Shown here piece by piece: positions 13,423-25,139 of a DNA stretch of 64,000 bases (the stretch's first letter is position 1; every line of letters begins with the position of its first letter). The stretch is from positions 88,652 through 152,651 of the forward strand of contig CAWFLS010000021.1 of NCBI GenBank assembly GCA_963816675.1, read 5' to 3'. Under the pieces are notes generated by a model, which was not told the DNA's origin, did no database searches, and saw only the letters and a list, made by a program, of their open reading frames with translations. The stretch comes from an uncultured Chloroflexia bacterium (GTDB taxonomy: Bacteria; Chloroflexota; Limnocylindria; Limnocylindrales; CSP1-4). The translations under genes were made by a program, and so were the position numbers.

Positions 13423-14547
13423 ATGGCACAGCCCGCGACCACGATCGACCGTGTCGAGATCTTCGGCTACGACCTGACGTATGCGCACGGCGAGTACGTG
13501 ATGTCGACCGGCCGCGTGGTCGACCGGCTGCCGAGCACCGTCGTGCGCATCACGACCGGCTCGGGGATCGAGGGCTTTGGCGAAACGTGCCCGCTCGGGA
13601 GCACGTACCTGCCGGCGTTCGGTGAGGGGGCGCGCGCCGCGCTGCGGGAGCTCGCGCCCGCGCTTCTCGGGGTCGACGCCGCGAACCTCGCGGCCGTCAA
13701 TGCGTCAATGGATGCCACTCTCCGCGGTCACGAGTACGCGAAGAGCGCCGTCGATATCGCCTGCTGGGACATCCTCGGGCGCGTCACCGGCCAGCCGGTC
13801 GCGATGCTGCTCGGTGGCATCCTCCAGGACCGCCTTCCGCTCTACGTCGCGGTGCCGCTCGGTTCGCCTGCGAGCATGCAAACGTTCGTGGAACGGGAGC
13901 GCGAGGGCGGGATCCATCGATTCCAGCTCAAGCTCGGTGGCGACCCCGAGGATGATCGTGATCGGGTCGCAGCCGTCCACGCGGTCACCGATGCCCAGGA
14001 CGCGATCATCGGGGACGCCAACGGTGGCTGGCGACGGCAGGACGCGATCGTCGCGGCTCGCCTGCTCGAGCGATTCGACCGGCTCCGGCTGGAGCAACCG
14101 TGCGCGACACTCGAGGCCTGCCTGAGCGTTCGCCGGGTGAGCCGGCTGCCGATGGTCCTCGACGAGGTCATCACCGATCTCCCGACGCTGGTGCGGGCGG
14201 TGGCGGCCGACGCGATGGATCACATCAACCTGAAGATCGGTCGTGTCGGCGGGCTCACAAAGGCGAGGCTCATGCGCGACGCGGCCGTTGAGCTCGGTCT
14301 CAAGCTGACGATCGAGGACTCGTGGGGCGGCGACCTCGTCACCGCCGCGGTCAGCCATCTCGCGGCCGCGACGCCGCCCGGGGCGCTCTTCGCGGTCTCC
14401 TACATGAACGACTGGACCGTCGAACACATCGCCGGCTACCAGCCGCGCTCGAGCGGCGGGTTCGGACCCGTGCCGCAAGCGCCCGGGCTGGGCATCGAGG
14501 TCGACACCGACATGCTCGGCGCGCCGCTGTTCACCGCGAGCCGCTGA
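13423..14547 (+). CDS. Enolase-superfamily enzyme (mandelate racemase/muconate lactonizing enzyme family), intact; substrate unknown
   Basis: ATG 13423 is preceded by GGGAGGA, and 374 codons run uninterrupted inside ORF 13078..14547. Motifs: GIEGFGETCPLGSTYLP, AKSAVDIACWDILGR, FQLKLGG, IGDANGGW, LEQPC, VLDEV, HINLKIGRVGG. These are the typical MR/MLE barrel motifs with acid metal ligands. Confidence 0.85.
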   Translation: MAQPATTIDRVEIFGYDLTYAHGEYVMSTGRVVDRLPSTVVRITTGSGIEGFGETCPLGSTYLPAFGEGARAALRELAPALLGVDAANLAAVNASMDATLRGHEYAKSAVDIACWDILGRVTGQPVAMLLGGILQDRLPLYVAVPLGSPASMQTFVEREREGGIHRFQLKLGGDPEDDRDRVAAVHAVTDAQDAIIGDANGGWRRQDAIVAARLLERFDRLRLEQPCATLEACLSVRRVSRLPMVLDEVITDLPTLVRAVAADAMDHINLKIGRVGGLTKARLMRDAAVELGLKLTIEDSWGGDLVTAAVSHLAAATPPGALFAVSYMNDWTVEHIAGYQPRSSGGFGPVPQAPGLGIEVDTDMLGAPLFTASR

Positions 14548-14578
14548 CGGCGAGACTGCATCGAGGTTGCCGTCGAAG

Positions 14579-14597
14579 GGCGGCGAAGACCGCCGCC
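14579..14597 (+). terminator. Weak GC hairpin downstream of the enolase-family gene
   Basis: GGCGGCG-aagac-CGCCGCC (7-bp stem, 5-nt loop), about 30 nt after the stop. No U-tract. Confidence 0.35.
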
Positions 14598-15000
14598 GAC
14601 GGTTATCCGCCGGACCTAACCGCGGCGCGCGCCGGGTCGGCCGTCCGAGACTGAGCGGTCAGCCTTTCCGCCAAATGCACGCGCACACGAGCGTTCGTCA
14701 CAGCGATTCGTGCCAGATGCGCCGCCTGGTGGGCGGATGGCAGGTCTCTCTTCGCTGGCCCGCGCGAGTCCACGCTCGCCAGGATCGCGCGCGGACCGCT
14801 GGGCTCGTGACGAGCGCCGCTGGAGCATCTGACAAGAACGAGCGCTCGCCTGGAGAGTCGATGCCGTGACACTCGACAACACGGCGGTCGGCGACAGCCG
14901 GAGGCCACCTCCCCGGCCTGTCGCCGCGACGGCGTCGGCCCACAAGCCTGCAGGCCAGACCAGGGATCTTGTCGACGGCGCGCGTCCCCGCTGGGAATCA

Positions 15001-15029
15001 CGAGGCCCCCGGCGGTGCCGGGGGCCTCG
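15001..15029 (-). terminator. Strong GC hairpin just downstream of groEL
   Basis: CGAGGCCCCCGG-cggtg-CCGGGGGCCTCG, a perfect 12-bp stem with a 5-nt loop, about 27 nt after the groEL stop (15056). No clear U-tract, which is common in high-GC genomes. Confidence 0.6.
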
Positions 15030-15055
15030 ATCCGTTGTCGAGAGGAGCGTTCGGA

Positions 15056-17053
<1,998 letters not shown>

Positions 17054-17231
17054 CGTGCATTCCTCCTGTGACGGCCAGGGCCGGCCGACGGGCATGACTC
17101 GGGGACGCCTGTCGGCCGGATCGGGCCGCGGGCGACGTCCCGGAATGTTGTGGTGCCATCGCGCGGCCCCGTCTGTTCCTCCGACCGCTCCATTCCGGCG
17201 ACCGTCTGCCTGGGGGCTTCGACGATGTGCT

Positions 17232-17258
17232 TTAGCACTCTCGATGGGAGAGTGCTAA
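17232..17258. promoter_or_regulatory. CIRCE element (HrcA operator) upstream of groES-groEL
   Basis: TTAGCACTC-tcgatggga-GAGTGCTAA is a perfect match to the TTAGCACTC-N9-GAGTGCTAA consensus, about 180 nt upstream of the groES start. Confidence 0.95.
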
Positions 17259-17262
17259 GTGG

Positions 17263-17292
17263 AGACTAGCGAACCCGGGATGCGCCTGTCAA
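17263..17292 (-). promoter_or_regulatory. Sigma-70/SigA-type promoter of groES-groEL abutting CIRCE
   Basis: The reverse strand reads TTGACA-(18 nt)-TAGTCT, followed immediately by CIRCE. The predicted transcript start falls inside the operator. Confidence 0.6.
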
Positions 17293-17303
17293 CCCGCGTC
17301 GCG

Positions 17304-17976
17304 TCAGCTGTGGGCGATCGTCAGCGTGACCGCGTTGCCTACTGCGAGCGAGCGACACGCAGCCGGTCCCGTCGATAGCCGATGTACCAGCCGACGACGC
17401 CCTCCGACATGTCGAAGAGGACCAGATCTCGGAGGGCGGGCAGGTCGCGGCCGGTACTCGGTCGGGCCCTCGTAGACGGGTTGGCCGACGTCGTTCTGGA
17501 TCGACATGTTCCTGAAGCGGATCTGCGACGCGTGCTCACCCATCAGGTCGATGGGCCGCGCCGCTGCCCGCCTCCGTGAACGGAGGCATCGGCGGTGTCG
17601 AGTGACTCCGATCGGCGGCGCCGGCGGGCCCGGCAGGGACGGCGTTGCCGAAGCCGGAAGGTGACGACGTCCGTCGTCCGGACGAGGCGTGATGACGACC
17701 GAGGTGAATCGATCCGACGGAAGCTCGACGGCTTGAGGCCCGACGGCGCAGGTTGCCGCTGAGGCGGTGCCGAGGCGGTGCGGGGTCGCGGCGGCGCGTG
17801 CCGTGGATCCGTTGTGCCTGACGGGCTCGCCGGCGTCGTCGCGACGTGGCGTTCGGGCAGCGATGGAGGCTGCCGCGGTGGCCGGTGCTCGTCCGGGACG
17901 GCCGATCGCCGATAGCGAAGGCCCCGACGCGGAGCCGCGCAGGCTGCCAGCAGCAGGCCACACGCGCGAGCGCCAT
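17304..17976 (-). CDS. Hypothetical protein, possibly a lipoprotein with a Pro/Ala-rich linker; frame-disrupted, function unknown
   Basis: ATG 17976 (MALARVAC..) shifted by one base gives ..GLLLAACAAP, which is lipobox-like. The linker is proline-rich. The C-terminal part reads across frames as IDLMGEHASQIRFRNMSIQNDVGQPVYEGPTEY / DLPALRDLVLFDMSEGVVGWYIGYRRDRL. The reconstruction is speculative. Confidence 0.3.
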
Positions 17977-18030
17977 GGTCGACGGAGCTGCGGGCTCGGC
18001 CGCGGGACGGCCTCGACCGGCGTGTTCATG

Positions 18031-18874
18031 TCACGCCCCTGCGCTGACGGAACGTCGGTCGTAGGCGTTGACCAGGCCGGCGCCGAGCGTCTCGACCGTC
18101 GTCTTGCGGTGTTCGGCAGCCCAGGCGGCCGTGACGCGAACCCATTCGGGCTCGTTGCGTCGAGCGAGGCGCACCGGGCGGCGCAAGAAAGGGCGAATCG
18201 GTCTCGACGAGGAGACGGTCGTCGGGCACCAGCGTGACGACCTCGGCCGAAGCTTTCCTCCCCGCGCCGGAAGACGAGCCCCGAGAAGCTGATCGCCAGG
18301 CCGAGCTCGAGCATCTCGCAGGCGTAGTCGAGCGGCCCCGAGAAGGAGTGGATCGACCGCAGGCGGCCGGTCGTCGAAAGACCGATGCCCACTGCGGACC
18401 GCCGACTCCCGCGGCCGCGCGAGCTCGCGTCACGAGGGCGTCCTGCGCGTCGCGCCGGCCCGCCGCCGACCGGCAGTGGAGGATGGCCGGCTTGCCGGTG
18501 GCGAGCGGCGAGGTCGAGGTTCCGTCGCAGGTTCGCGAGCTGTTCGGGGATCGGGCTGAAGACCCGGTCGTAGTCGAGCCCGGTCTCGCCGATCGCGACG
18601 ACGCGAGGGTCGGCGGCCCACTCGACGATCCGGTCCCAGCCGTCCGGCGCCACCTTCGCGGCATCGTGCGGGTGGATGCCGACTGCAACGTCGAGCCATG
18701 CGTGCCGCTCGGCGAGGTCGAGAGCGCGCTCGGACGAGGCGACGTTCCAGCCCGGGACGAGGATCCGCTCGAGGCCGGCGCGCCGGGCCGCCTCGAGGAC
18801 CGCCTCGGCGTCGCTTCTCGAACCGGTCGGCATTGAGGTGGCAGTGGCTGTCGATGAGCCGCACGTCGCCATGG
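18031..18874 (-). CDS. tatD: TatD-family metal-dependent hydrolase/DNase, frame-disrupted
   Basis: GTG 18874 gives RLIDSHCHLNADRFEK (18430..18906 frame). The frame of 17304..18872 has DAEAVLEAARRAGLERILVPGWNVASSERALDLAERHAWLDVAVGIHPHDAAKV...VVAIGETGLDYDRVFSPIPEQLANLRRNLDLA and IHSFSGPLDYACEMLELGLAISFSGLVFRRGEE. 18026..18988 has LATGKPAILHCRSA and LLVETDSPFLAPPGAPRS. The gene then reads RNEPEWV... and ends at TGA 18031. About 5 frame changes. Confidence 0.85.
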
Positions 18875-18984
18875 TAGGATGCGCCGGTGCGCTCGCGGCG
18901 CGGCACGTGGCGACCCGCTCGGCCCTCGGCCGGGCGACGCGGCCGGTGGGGCGCCGGCGCTGCCAGCGCCGACGGCCGCGCCGC

Positions 18985-20653
18985 TCAAGCCGCCGCGCCT
19001 TCAGCGGCGTCCGCCTCGACGTCGAGCCGCGGGAAGAGCGGCTCGGGCGTCGCGACCCGTCCCGCTTCGGTCGGCATGCGCGCCCCAGGCAAGCTCATCG
19101 ACCGCGCGGCGGGCCGCCATTGCCGTCGGGCGCGTACGGGTACCGATGGCCCGAGCTGGGCGAGGACTCGCGGCGCGCTCGCCGGCAGGAACGGCGCGGC
19201 GGCGAGGCCGAGCAGCCGACACGCCTCGACGAGATCACCGAGGACGCCTCGAAGCCGCTCCCCTGCCCCGCTCGTCGCCGGCCTTCCACGCCTTCGCGAG
19301 GTCCCACGGCCGCTCGGCGTCGACGACCTTGTTCGCCGCGCCGACGAAGTCCCACAGCTCCGCGAGCGCGTCGTGGAGGAGGCACGCCTCGATCCGCTCG
19401 CGAAACGCCTCGAACGTCGCCGACCAGCTCTCGGCCAGCGAGCGAATCGTCGCCGGAGCGAGGCGCCGGGCGCTCGCCGTCGAGATATCGATTCGTCATC
19501 GAGACCGTCCGGTTCACCAGGTTCCCGAAGTCGTTCGCCAGGTCGGCGTTGTAGCGGCGGACGAACGAATCCCAGCTGACCTCGGCGTCCCGGTCGAACG
19601 GCACCTCGCGCAGGGCCACGTACCGGGCGCCGTCCTGACCGAAGGCCGCGACGAAGTCGTCCGGGTCGAGGAAGTTGCCGCGGCTCTTGCTCATCCGCTC
19701 GCCGCCGGCCGCGAGCAGCCAGCCGTGGACCCACACGTGGCGCGGCGCCTCGAGGCCTGCGCTCCACAGCATCGCCGGCCAGAAGATCGTGTGGAACCGG
19801 GCGATGTCCTTGCCGATGACGTGGAGGTCGGCCGGCCACCAGTCGGGCGAACGCCTCGGGGTCGTCGGGGAAGCCGGCGCCCGTGATGTAGTTGATCAGC
19901 GCGTCGTACCAGACGTAGATCTTGCCGGCCTCCGGATCCCACGTCCCGTCCTCGCGCAGGGCCGTCTCGCCGTTCTCGGCGATCGGGAACGGGATGCCCC
20001 AGTTGCCCGGCGTCCGCTCGCGGCTGATCGAGAAGTCCTCGAGACCGCCGCGGATGAACCCGAGCATCTCGTTGCGCCGGTAGTCAGGCTGGACGAAGTC
20101 CGGGTGATCGGCGTAGTAGCGCTCGAGCCGTTCCTGGTAGGCCGACAGGCGGAAGAACCAGTTCTGCTCGGTCGAGCCACTGGAGCGGGACTTCGGGGTG
20201 GTTCGGGCAGATCGTCCCGCGGGCCGTCTCCTGGACGTCGGTCGCGTTGCGAAAGCCCTCGTTCGGGCAGTACCAGCCTTCGTATGTGCCCAGGTAGATG
20301 TCGCCGTTCGCGTGGGCGCGGCGGACCATCTCCTGGGCGGCACGGACGTGGTCCGGGTCGGTCGTGCGGATGAACCGGTCGGCGCTGATGCCGAGCGCCG
20401 CCTCGGCCGACTGGAAGAGGGCGACCTTCTCGTCGACGAACTCGCGCGTCGGCCGACCTTCGTCGACGGCCGCCTGGGCGATGTTGATCGAATGCTCGTC
20501 CGTCCCGGTCAGGAACCGGGTGTCGTCGCCGAGCATCCGGTGCCACCGCGCGATCGCGTCGGCACCGATGACCTCGTACAGGGTGTGGACGCCCGGCTTG
20601 TTGTTCGCGTACGCGATCGACGTGGTGAGGTAGTAGCGGGAACGGTCGCTCAT
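18985..20653 (-). CDS. metG: Methionine--tRNA ligase, frame-disrupted
   Basis: 20084..20653 has MSDRSRYYLTTSIAYANNKPGVHTLYEVIGADAIARWHRMLGDDTRFLTGTDEHS.... The frame of 18985..20343 has EQNWFFRLSAYQERLERYYADHPDFVQPDYRRNEMLGFIRGGLEDFSISRE, WGIPFP and IYVWYDALINYITGAGFPDD. 19095..19772 has VWVHGWLLAAGGERMSKSRGNFLDPDD, which is the KMSKS motif. The C-terminus is ...ATPEPLFPRLDVEADAAEGAAA*. About 6 frame changes. Confidence 0.92.
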
Positions 20654-20943
20654 GGGAGGGCGATGGTAGCCAGCCGACGCGGTTCCGCGCGGGCGCGGCT
20701 GCGAGCACCGCCAGCGGTCGGCAGCGCCGGGGCCGCTATGCTCGCAGTCACGCGAAGTCAGCCGGGTCGATCCCTCGAGGACGTCCGGTCCAAGCTCGGT
20801 CGTTGAGCCGATCCAGACCGGGTTGAGTCGGCTCGGCCGTGGCCGGCCGCCGCAGTCTTGTTGACCGCACGAGTCGGTGACGGGTCGATCGGAGGCGTCG
20901 AGGCCGCCGACGCGTTTCGTTGACCCGAATCAAGGCTGCCGGT

Positions 20944-21460
20944 TCAGCCGCGTGGCTGGCCGCTAGCGCTTCCCGAGCGGCGGACTTGAGCGACGCCTCC
21001 AGCGCCTTCTCGGCTTCCTCGTCGAGGCTGGTCTGCCGGATCCGCCCGTGATACTGGCGGAGCGCCGCGATCAGCATCGCCGGGATCGCTGCTCTCGGTG
21101 AGCACGAACAGGGCCGAACCGCCGGGCGGCAGGTCGTCGGAGACCTCCTTGACGAACTTGCCGTCGATGCCGGGCTTCGCGGCCCGCCCGATCAGCCCGC
21201 CCGCGACCGCGCCCGCCACGATCCCGACGACGGGGAAGAAGAGGAACAGGGCGCCGCCGAGGATCCCGCCGACGACGGCGCCGGTCTCGGTCGCCGCTCG
21301 ATGCCTCGTTGTGGACCTTCACCTTGCCGTCGGCGTCCTTGACGATGACGGCGGTGTCCTCGAGGCGGATGCCCTGGTCGTGTTCGAGCGCGCGGATCGA
21401 CTTCAGTGCGGCCGGACCCTGCTCCGCGTCGTCGAACGTGACCGCGATCAACTCGGACAT
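20944..21460 (-). CDS. DUF1269-family membrane protein, frame-disrupted
   Basis: ATG 21460 gives MSELIAVTFDDAEQGPAALKSIRALEHDQGIRLEDTAVIVKDADGKVKVHNEASS (21071..22018 frame). A Gly-rich TM part follows: ...AGAVAGGLIGRAAKPGIDGKFVKEVSDDLPPGGSALFVLTESSDP (20944..21219). Then MLIAALRQYHGRIRQTSLDEEAEKALEASL (20748..21077). This matches my memory of DUF1269 architecture. The 3' end is uncertain (20748-20944). Confidence 0.65.
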
Positions 21461-21618
21461 GGCGTTCTCCTCGCTTCGACGCTCTCCTCTCGCCGTCAGC
21501 GTAACGCGTCGGGGCGTTTCGCGCCCAGCCTTCGGAACGTTGCAATCGCGCAAATCGCGCGTGGCGCCGGCGATCTGCAGCCGTCTGACGCTCGCGGCGA
21601 TGCCGCGGTCGTCCGGCG

Positions 21619-22927
21619 TCACGCGGGTTCCGGCGCAGGCTCGCGGATCGACGGCGTCGGTCTCGACCTTCGGTCGGTCCGGGATGCCGAAGAGCAGGGC
21701 ACCGACGGCCAGGAGCGCGACGGCGATGACGAGGAAGCCGGCGCCGGCGGACGTCGCGACGACGAGCGAACCGAGCAGCGAGGTTCGAGACGACGCCGCC
21801 GGCCTGGAGCGCAAGCGACTCGACCGAGAGCATCGTCGTCCGCTGGCCGGCGGCGACCCGGCTGTGGAGCAGCTCCGAGGTGAGCGGACCGGCGACGCCG
21901 AGGAGCAGGTAGATCCCGACGTAGCCGAGACCGGCGGCGCCGATGAACGGGATCGCGACAGCCATGGCGGCCGGTGCGGCGAGCCACGACATGACCGCCG
22001 CTGCCCGCGCACCACCACCGAGACGCGCCGCGGCCGCAGGAGCGAGGCCCGGCACCGACGCGCACTCGCCGTGAACGCGGCCGCGGCGAGGAACCCGTAC
22101 GCACCGCTCGCCTGCTCTTCCCCGCCGAGAAGGCCGGCGAACGTCCCGGGCGAGAGCAGCTCGACGCCTGCGAAGCACGATCCCGAGCAGCGCGGACCGA
22201 GCCATCAGGCGGCGCAGCACGCCGTCCCCGAGGCCGAGACGAAGGCCCTCGCGGACGGTCGCCGGCACGCCGCGGACGAGCGCCTTCGGCGCCTGCCCAC
22301 GGCGGGCGGACCTCGTGAACGACGAGCACGACGGCGAGCCCGTAGCAGGCCATGAGGGCCGCCGCGAGCGAGCGCCGGGACGGACAGGCTGATCAGCGTG
22401 GCGTTCGCCGGCCGACGGCATGCGCCGGCCAGATCCACGTCGCGACGCCCGGCAGGAGCCCGCCGATGATCGCGCCGAGTCCGAGCGCGAGCGCCTCTGC
22501 GCTCGCCGCCCGCGAGAGGCCGCCGCGGACCGGGATCTCGGGGTCGATGCCGTGGACGGTATCGACGAACCACGCGTCGAGCGGACCCGGAACCGAGGGC
22601 GCGACCGACGGCGCCGACGACCATGGCGACCGCGAAGATCTCGGCATCCTGGGCGAAGGCACCGATCGCGAGGCTGAGCGCCGTCGTCGCCGCCGCGACG
22701 ACGAGGACAAGTCGGCGGCCGACGACGTCGGCCAGGCCGCCGGTCGGCAGCTCGAGGGCGACGGTGACGATGCCGTAGATCGCGTACAGGCCGCCGATCG
22801 TGGCGAGATCGAGCCCGCGCGCCTGCATGAGCAGGACCGCGACCGGGATGTACAGGCCGACCGGGAACCAGCGGAGCGCGGTCAGGAAGGCGAACCGGCG
22901 GACAAGGCCGGGAAGCGAGGGTGTCAT
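21619..22927 (-). CDS. MFS transporter, frame-disrupted
   Basis: ATG 22927 gives MTPSLPGLVRRFAFLTALRWFPVGLYIPVAVLLMQARGLDLATIGGLYAIYGIVTVALELPTGGLADVVGRRLVLVVAAATTALSLAIGAFAQ, containing the MFS G-x-L-A-D-x-x-G-R-R motif. It continues in 22393..22710 (ALALGLGAIIGGLLPGVATWIWP) and 21192..22421 (AMAVAIPFIGAAGLGYVGIYLLLGVAGPLTSELLHSRVAAGQRTTMLSVESLALQAGGVVSN). The last piece is in 21071..22018 (SLLGSLVVATSAGAGFLVIAVALLAVGALLFGIPDRP). At least 5 frame changes. Confidence 0.8.
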
Positions 22928-23507
22928 CGTCCGAGATCCTCCGGATGGACAGGAATGGCCTGGATGAAGACCGCGACCGTCGCCGCGTCGGGCGAGTCGC
23001 CGCGTCTCAGCCTCGAGCCGAGCGACCAGCTCGAGGACCTCCTCCTGGAGTCGTCGAGTCGCGTCGGGCGTCAGGCGCGCCTCGACGTCGCTCATGCCGG
23101 CGCTGCGCAGCCAGGCGCGATCCCAGGTGAGCATCCGTTCGCGCCACTGACGGTCGCGACGGTCGCGCGCGCGGACGCTGCAGGTCGTGGACCGCGTCGG
23201 CTGCCTCACGTCCGCCCGGCTGTTCGATGAAGTCCTCGTCGTCCCACGACGTGAACTTCGCCGCGGCCCGCCACCGGCGCTCGCGGCGCGACGCCTGCTC
23301 CTCGTCCTCGACGATGAACCCGTACCGAGCCAGCTGGCGAAGGTGGTAGCTCGTCGCGCCGCTCGACTCGCCGAAGCGCTCGGCGAGCTCGGTCGCGGTG
23401 GCCGGACCGGTCTCGCGAAGCGCGCCGAGGAGGCGTCCGCGAAGCGGATGAGCGATGGCGCGAAGGGCCTCGACCTCGGTGACTCGGGTGCGATCGGTGT
23501 CGTTCAT
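22924..23507 (-). CDS. ArsR/SmtB-type winged-helix transcriptional regulator, frame-disrupted
   Basis: ATG 23507 gives MNDTDRTRVTEVEALRAIAHPLRGRLLGALRETGPATATELAERFGESSGATSYHLRQLARYGFIVEDEE (ORF 23007..23540). The C-terminal half is in the frame of 22205..23209 (RERMLTWDRAWLRSAGMSDVEARLTPDATRRLQEEVLELVARLEAE). The probable stop TGA 22924 overlaps the MFS ATG (ATGA). Confidence 0.75.
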
Positions 23508-23513
23508 GCGCTC

Positions 23514-23553
23514 ATCATAACCGCAAAGATTTCTTTGCACAATATCTTTGCAA
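23514..23553 (-). promoter_or_regulatory. AT-rich promoter/operator of the ArsR-MFS pair with GCAAAGA half-sites
   Basis: The reverse strand reads TTTTGCAAAGAtatTGTGCAAAGAaaTCTTTGCggtTATGATgagcgcATG. It has a perfect inverted repeat GCAAAGA-tt-TCTTTGC (23523..23538), a third half-site (23545..23551), and TATGAT 6 nt before the ATG. It is the only clearly AT-rich stretch I noticed in this window. Confidence 0.6.
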
Positions 23554-23608
23554 AAACGTCTCGTTTGCGATCGAGCGTCGCGCGACGCACCGCCTCACGT
23601 CGCCCGCG

Positions 23609-25026
23609 TCAGCTCAGGCGGGCTCCGCGAGCGGGACGACGTGGCGCCGCGGCATGATCGCCGACGACGGCGACGAGCACGACCACGAACACGATCGCGC
23701 GACTGGCGAACGCCCAGACGGACCCCGCCGAGCGGATCGGGCGTCGCGACTCCCCGCCTGGGCGAGGTCGAACGCCGCCGCCGGGATCGCGACCCCGAAC
23801 GAGCGCTCCGACCTGTCGCAGGCTGTTGAACACGCCCGATGCGACACCGGCCTCGGCGGCCGGGAATTCGGCCAGCGCGCAGACCGTGCTGGCCGTCACA
23901 CCCAGGGCCAGCGGGACGCCGCCGAGCGCGGCCACGATCGAGACGACGACGAAGCGGCGTCCCGGCGTCGAACGTGACCATGAGCCCGGCCGCGATCGCC
24001 GTGACGACGAGGCTGCCGATCATCGTCCGCTCGGGGCCGAGCGACGCCACGATCCGGCTCGCCCGCGGGAACACGAACGCCGACATGAGCGGCCACGGCG
24101 TGAGGACCAGAGCCGCCTCGAACGCGTCGAGTCCGCGAACCGTCTGCAGGTAGATCGACAGCATGACGCTCCCCGAGATGATCCCGAACCAGACCGCGCC
24201 ACCGACGAGGACCGACGCGACGTAGATCCGGCTTCGAAAGACCGACAGCCGGATCGCGGGCTCGGCTGCGGTCCGCTCGCGACGAACGAAGGCGACGAGG
24301 GCGACCGCCGGCAAGAAACCAGGCCGCAAGGACGGCCGGCGACGTCCAGCCCCAGCCGTTGGCCTGGAGCAGGGCGACGTTCGCGCCGAGCAGCACGAGC
24401 GTCCCGAGCGCGAGGCCCGGGGCGTCGAGCGAGCGGCGCAGGCCGGCGGCACGTCCGGGCAGGACGATCCAGGCCACGATCGCGACGACCGCGGCCAGCG
24501 GGATCTGGCACCAGAAGATCGCCGGCCACCCGCCGACCGACGTCAGCAGTCCGCCGACGATCGGCCCGATGACGGCCGCGCTCGCGCCGGCGGCGAAGTA
24601 GATGCCGAGGGCCCGACCCCGCGCGGCGCCGCTGAAGTTCGCCGAGATGATGGCGAGCCCGATCGTGAGCAGCGCGCTACCACCGAGCCCCTGCAGCACT
24701 CGCCCGACGAGCAGGACCGGGTACGTCGGTGCGGTGCCGCCGACACGATCGAGCCGATGCCGAACAGGACCGCACCGACCGACGAGCACGCGTCGATGGC
24801 CGAACCCGTCGCCCAGCCGGCCGACGGCGAGGATCGAGACGGCGTACGGGAGCACGTACGCGGTGAGCGTCCATGCGAGCTCCGACTGGCTCGTGCCAAA
24901 GGCGCGGCCCAACGGCGGGCAGCGCGAGGGTCACGATGCTGAGGTCGATGTTCGCGGTGAAGGCGGCAACGCCGCCACGAGGATGATCGCGGCCGGGCGG
25001 GCCGGTCCCGTCGGGTCGCGGCCCAT
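23609..25026 (-). CDS. MFS transporter, DHA2 (EmrB/QacA-like) drug:H+ antiporter type, frame-disrupted
   Basis: ATG 25026 gives MGRDPTGPARPAAIILVAA... 23896..24912 has RAFGTSQSELAWTLTAYVLPYAVSILAVGRLGDGFGHRRVLV, GRVLQGLGGSALLTIGLAIISANFSGAARGRALGIYFAAGASAAVIGPIVGGLLTSVGGWPAIFWCQIPLAAVVAIVAWIVLPG. 23595..24452 has IRLSVFRSRIYVASVLVGGAVWFGIISGSVMLSIYLQTVRGLDAFEAALVLTPWPLMSAFVF. 23609..23935 has AALGGVPLALGVTASTVCALAEFPAAEAGVASGVFNSLRQVG. Confidence 0.8.
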
Positions 25027-25139
25027 CGTCCGGTCGCGGTCGGCCGGTGCTTCCCGGCCCGCGGGTGACGCCGGGCGAGCCGCCGGCTCGGTCGCGCTCA
25101 CCCAGGGGCTCCGCCGCGACCTCGTCCGATCGCGTCGCG

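Noticed and set aside
17304-17640. Assignment of the tatD-downstream protein to L,D-transpeptidase (YkuD) or NlpC/P60 families, based on ..VHGGG..IRFRN.. and ..DLVLFD....GWYIGY.. resemblances
   Set aside because: The catalytic SHGC(I/V)R cysteine motif of YkuD is not present in any frame. Nor is the DCSG cysteine motif of NlpC/P60. The resemblances are short and the spacing does not fit.
20560-20625. Unusual HIGH-region in MetRS (..AYANNKPGVHTLYEVI.. instead of ..PH(I/L)GH..)
   Set aside because: It could be a real variant. However, it lies in a gene with about six frame errors, and a compensating pair of indels would produce exactly this kind of local scramble. It is not interpretable without corrected sequence.
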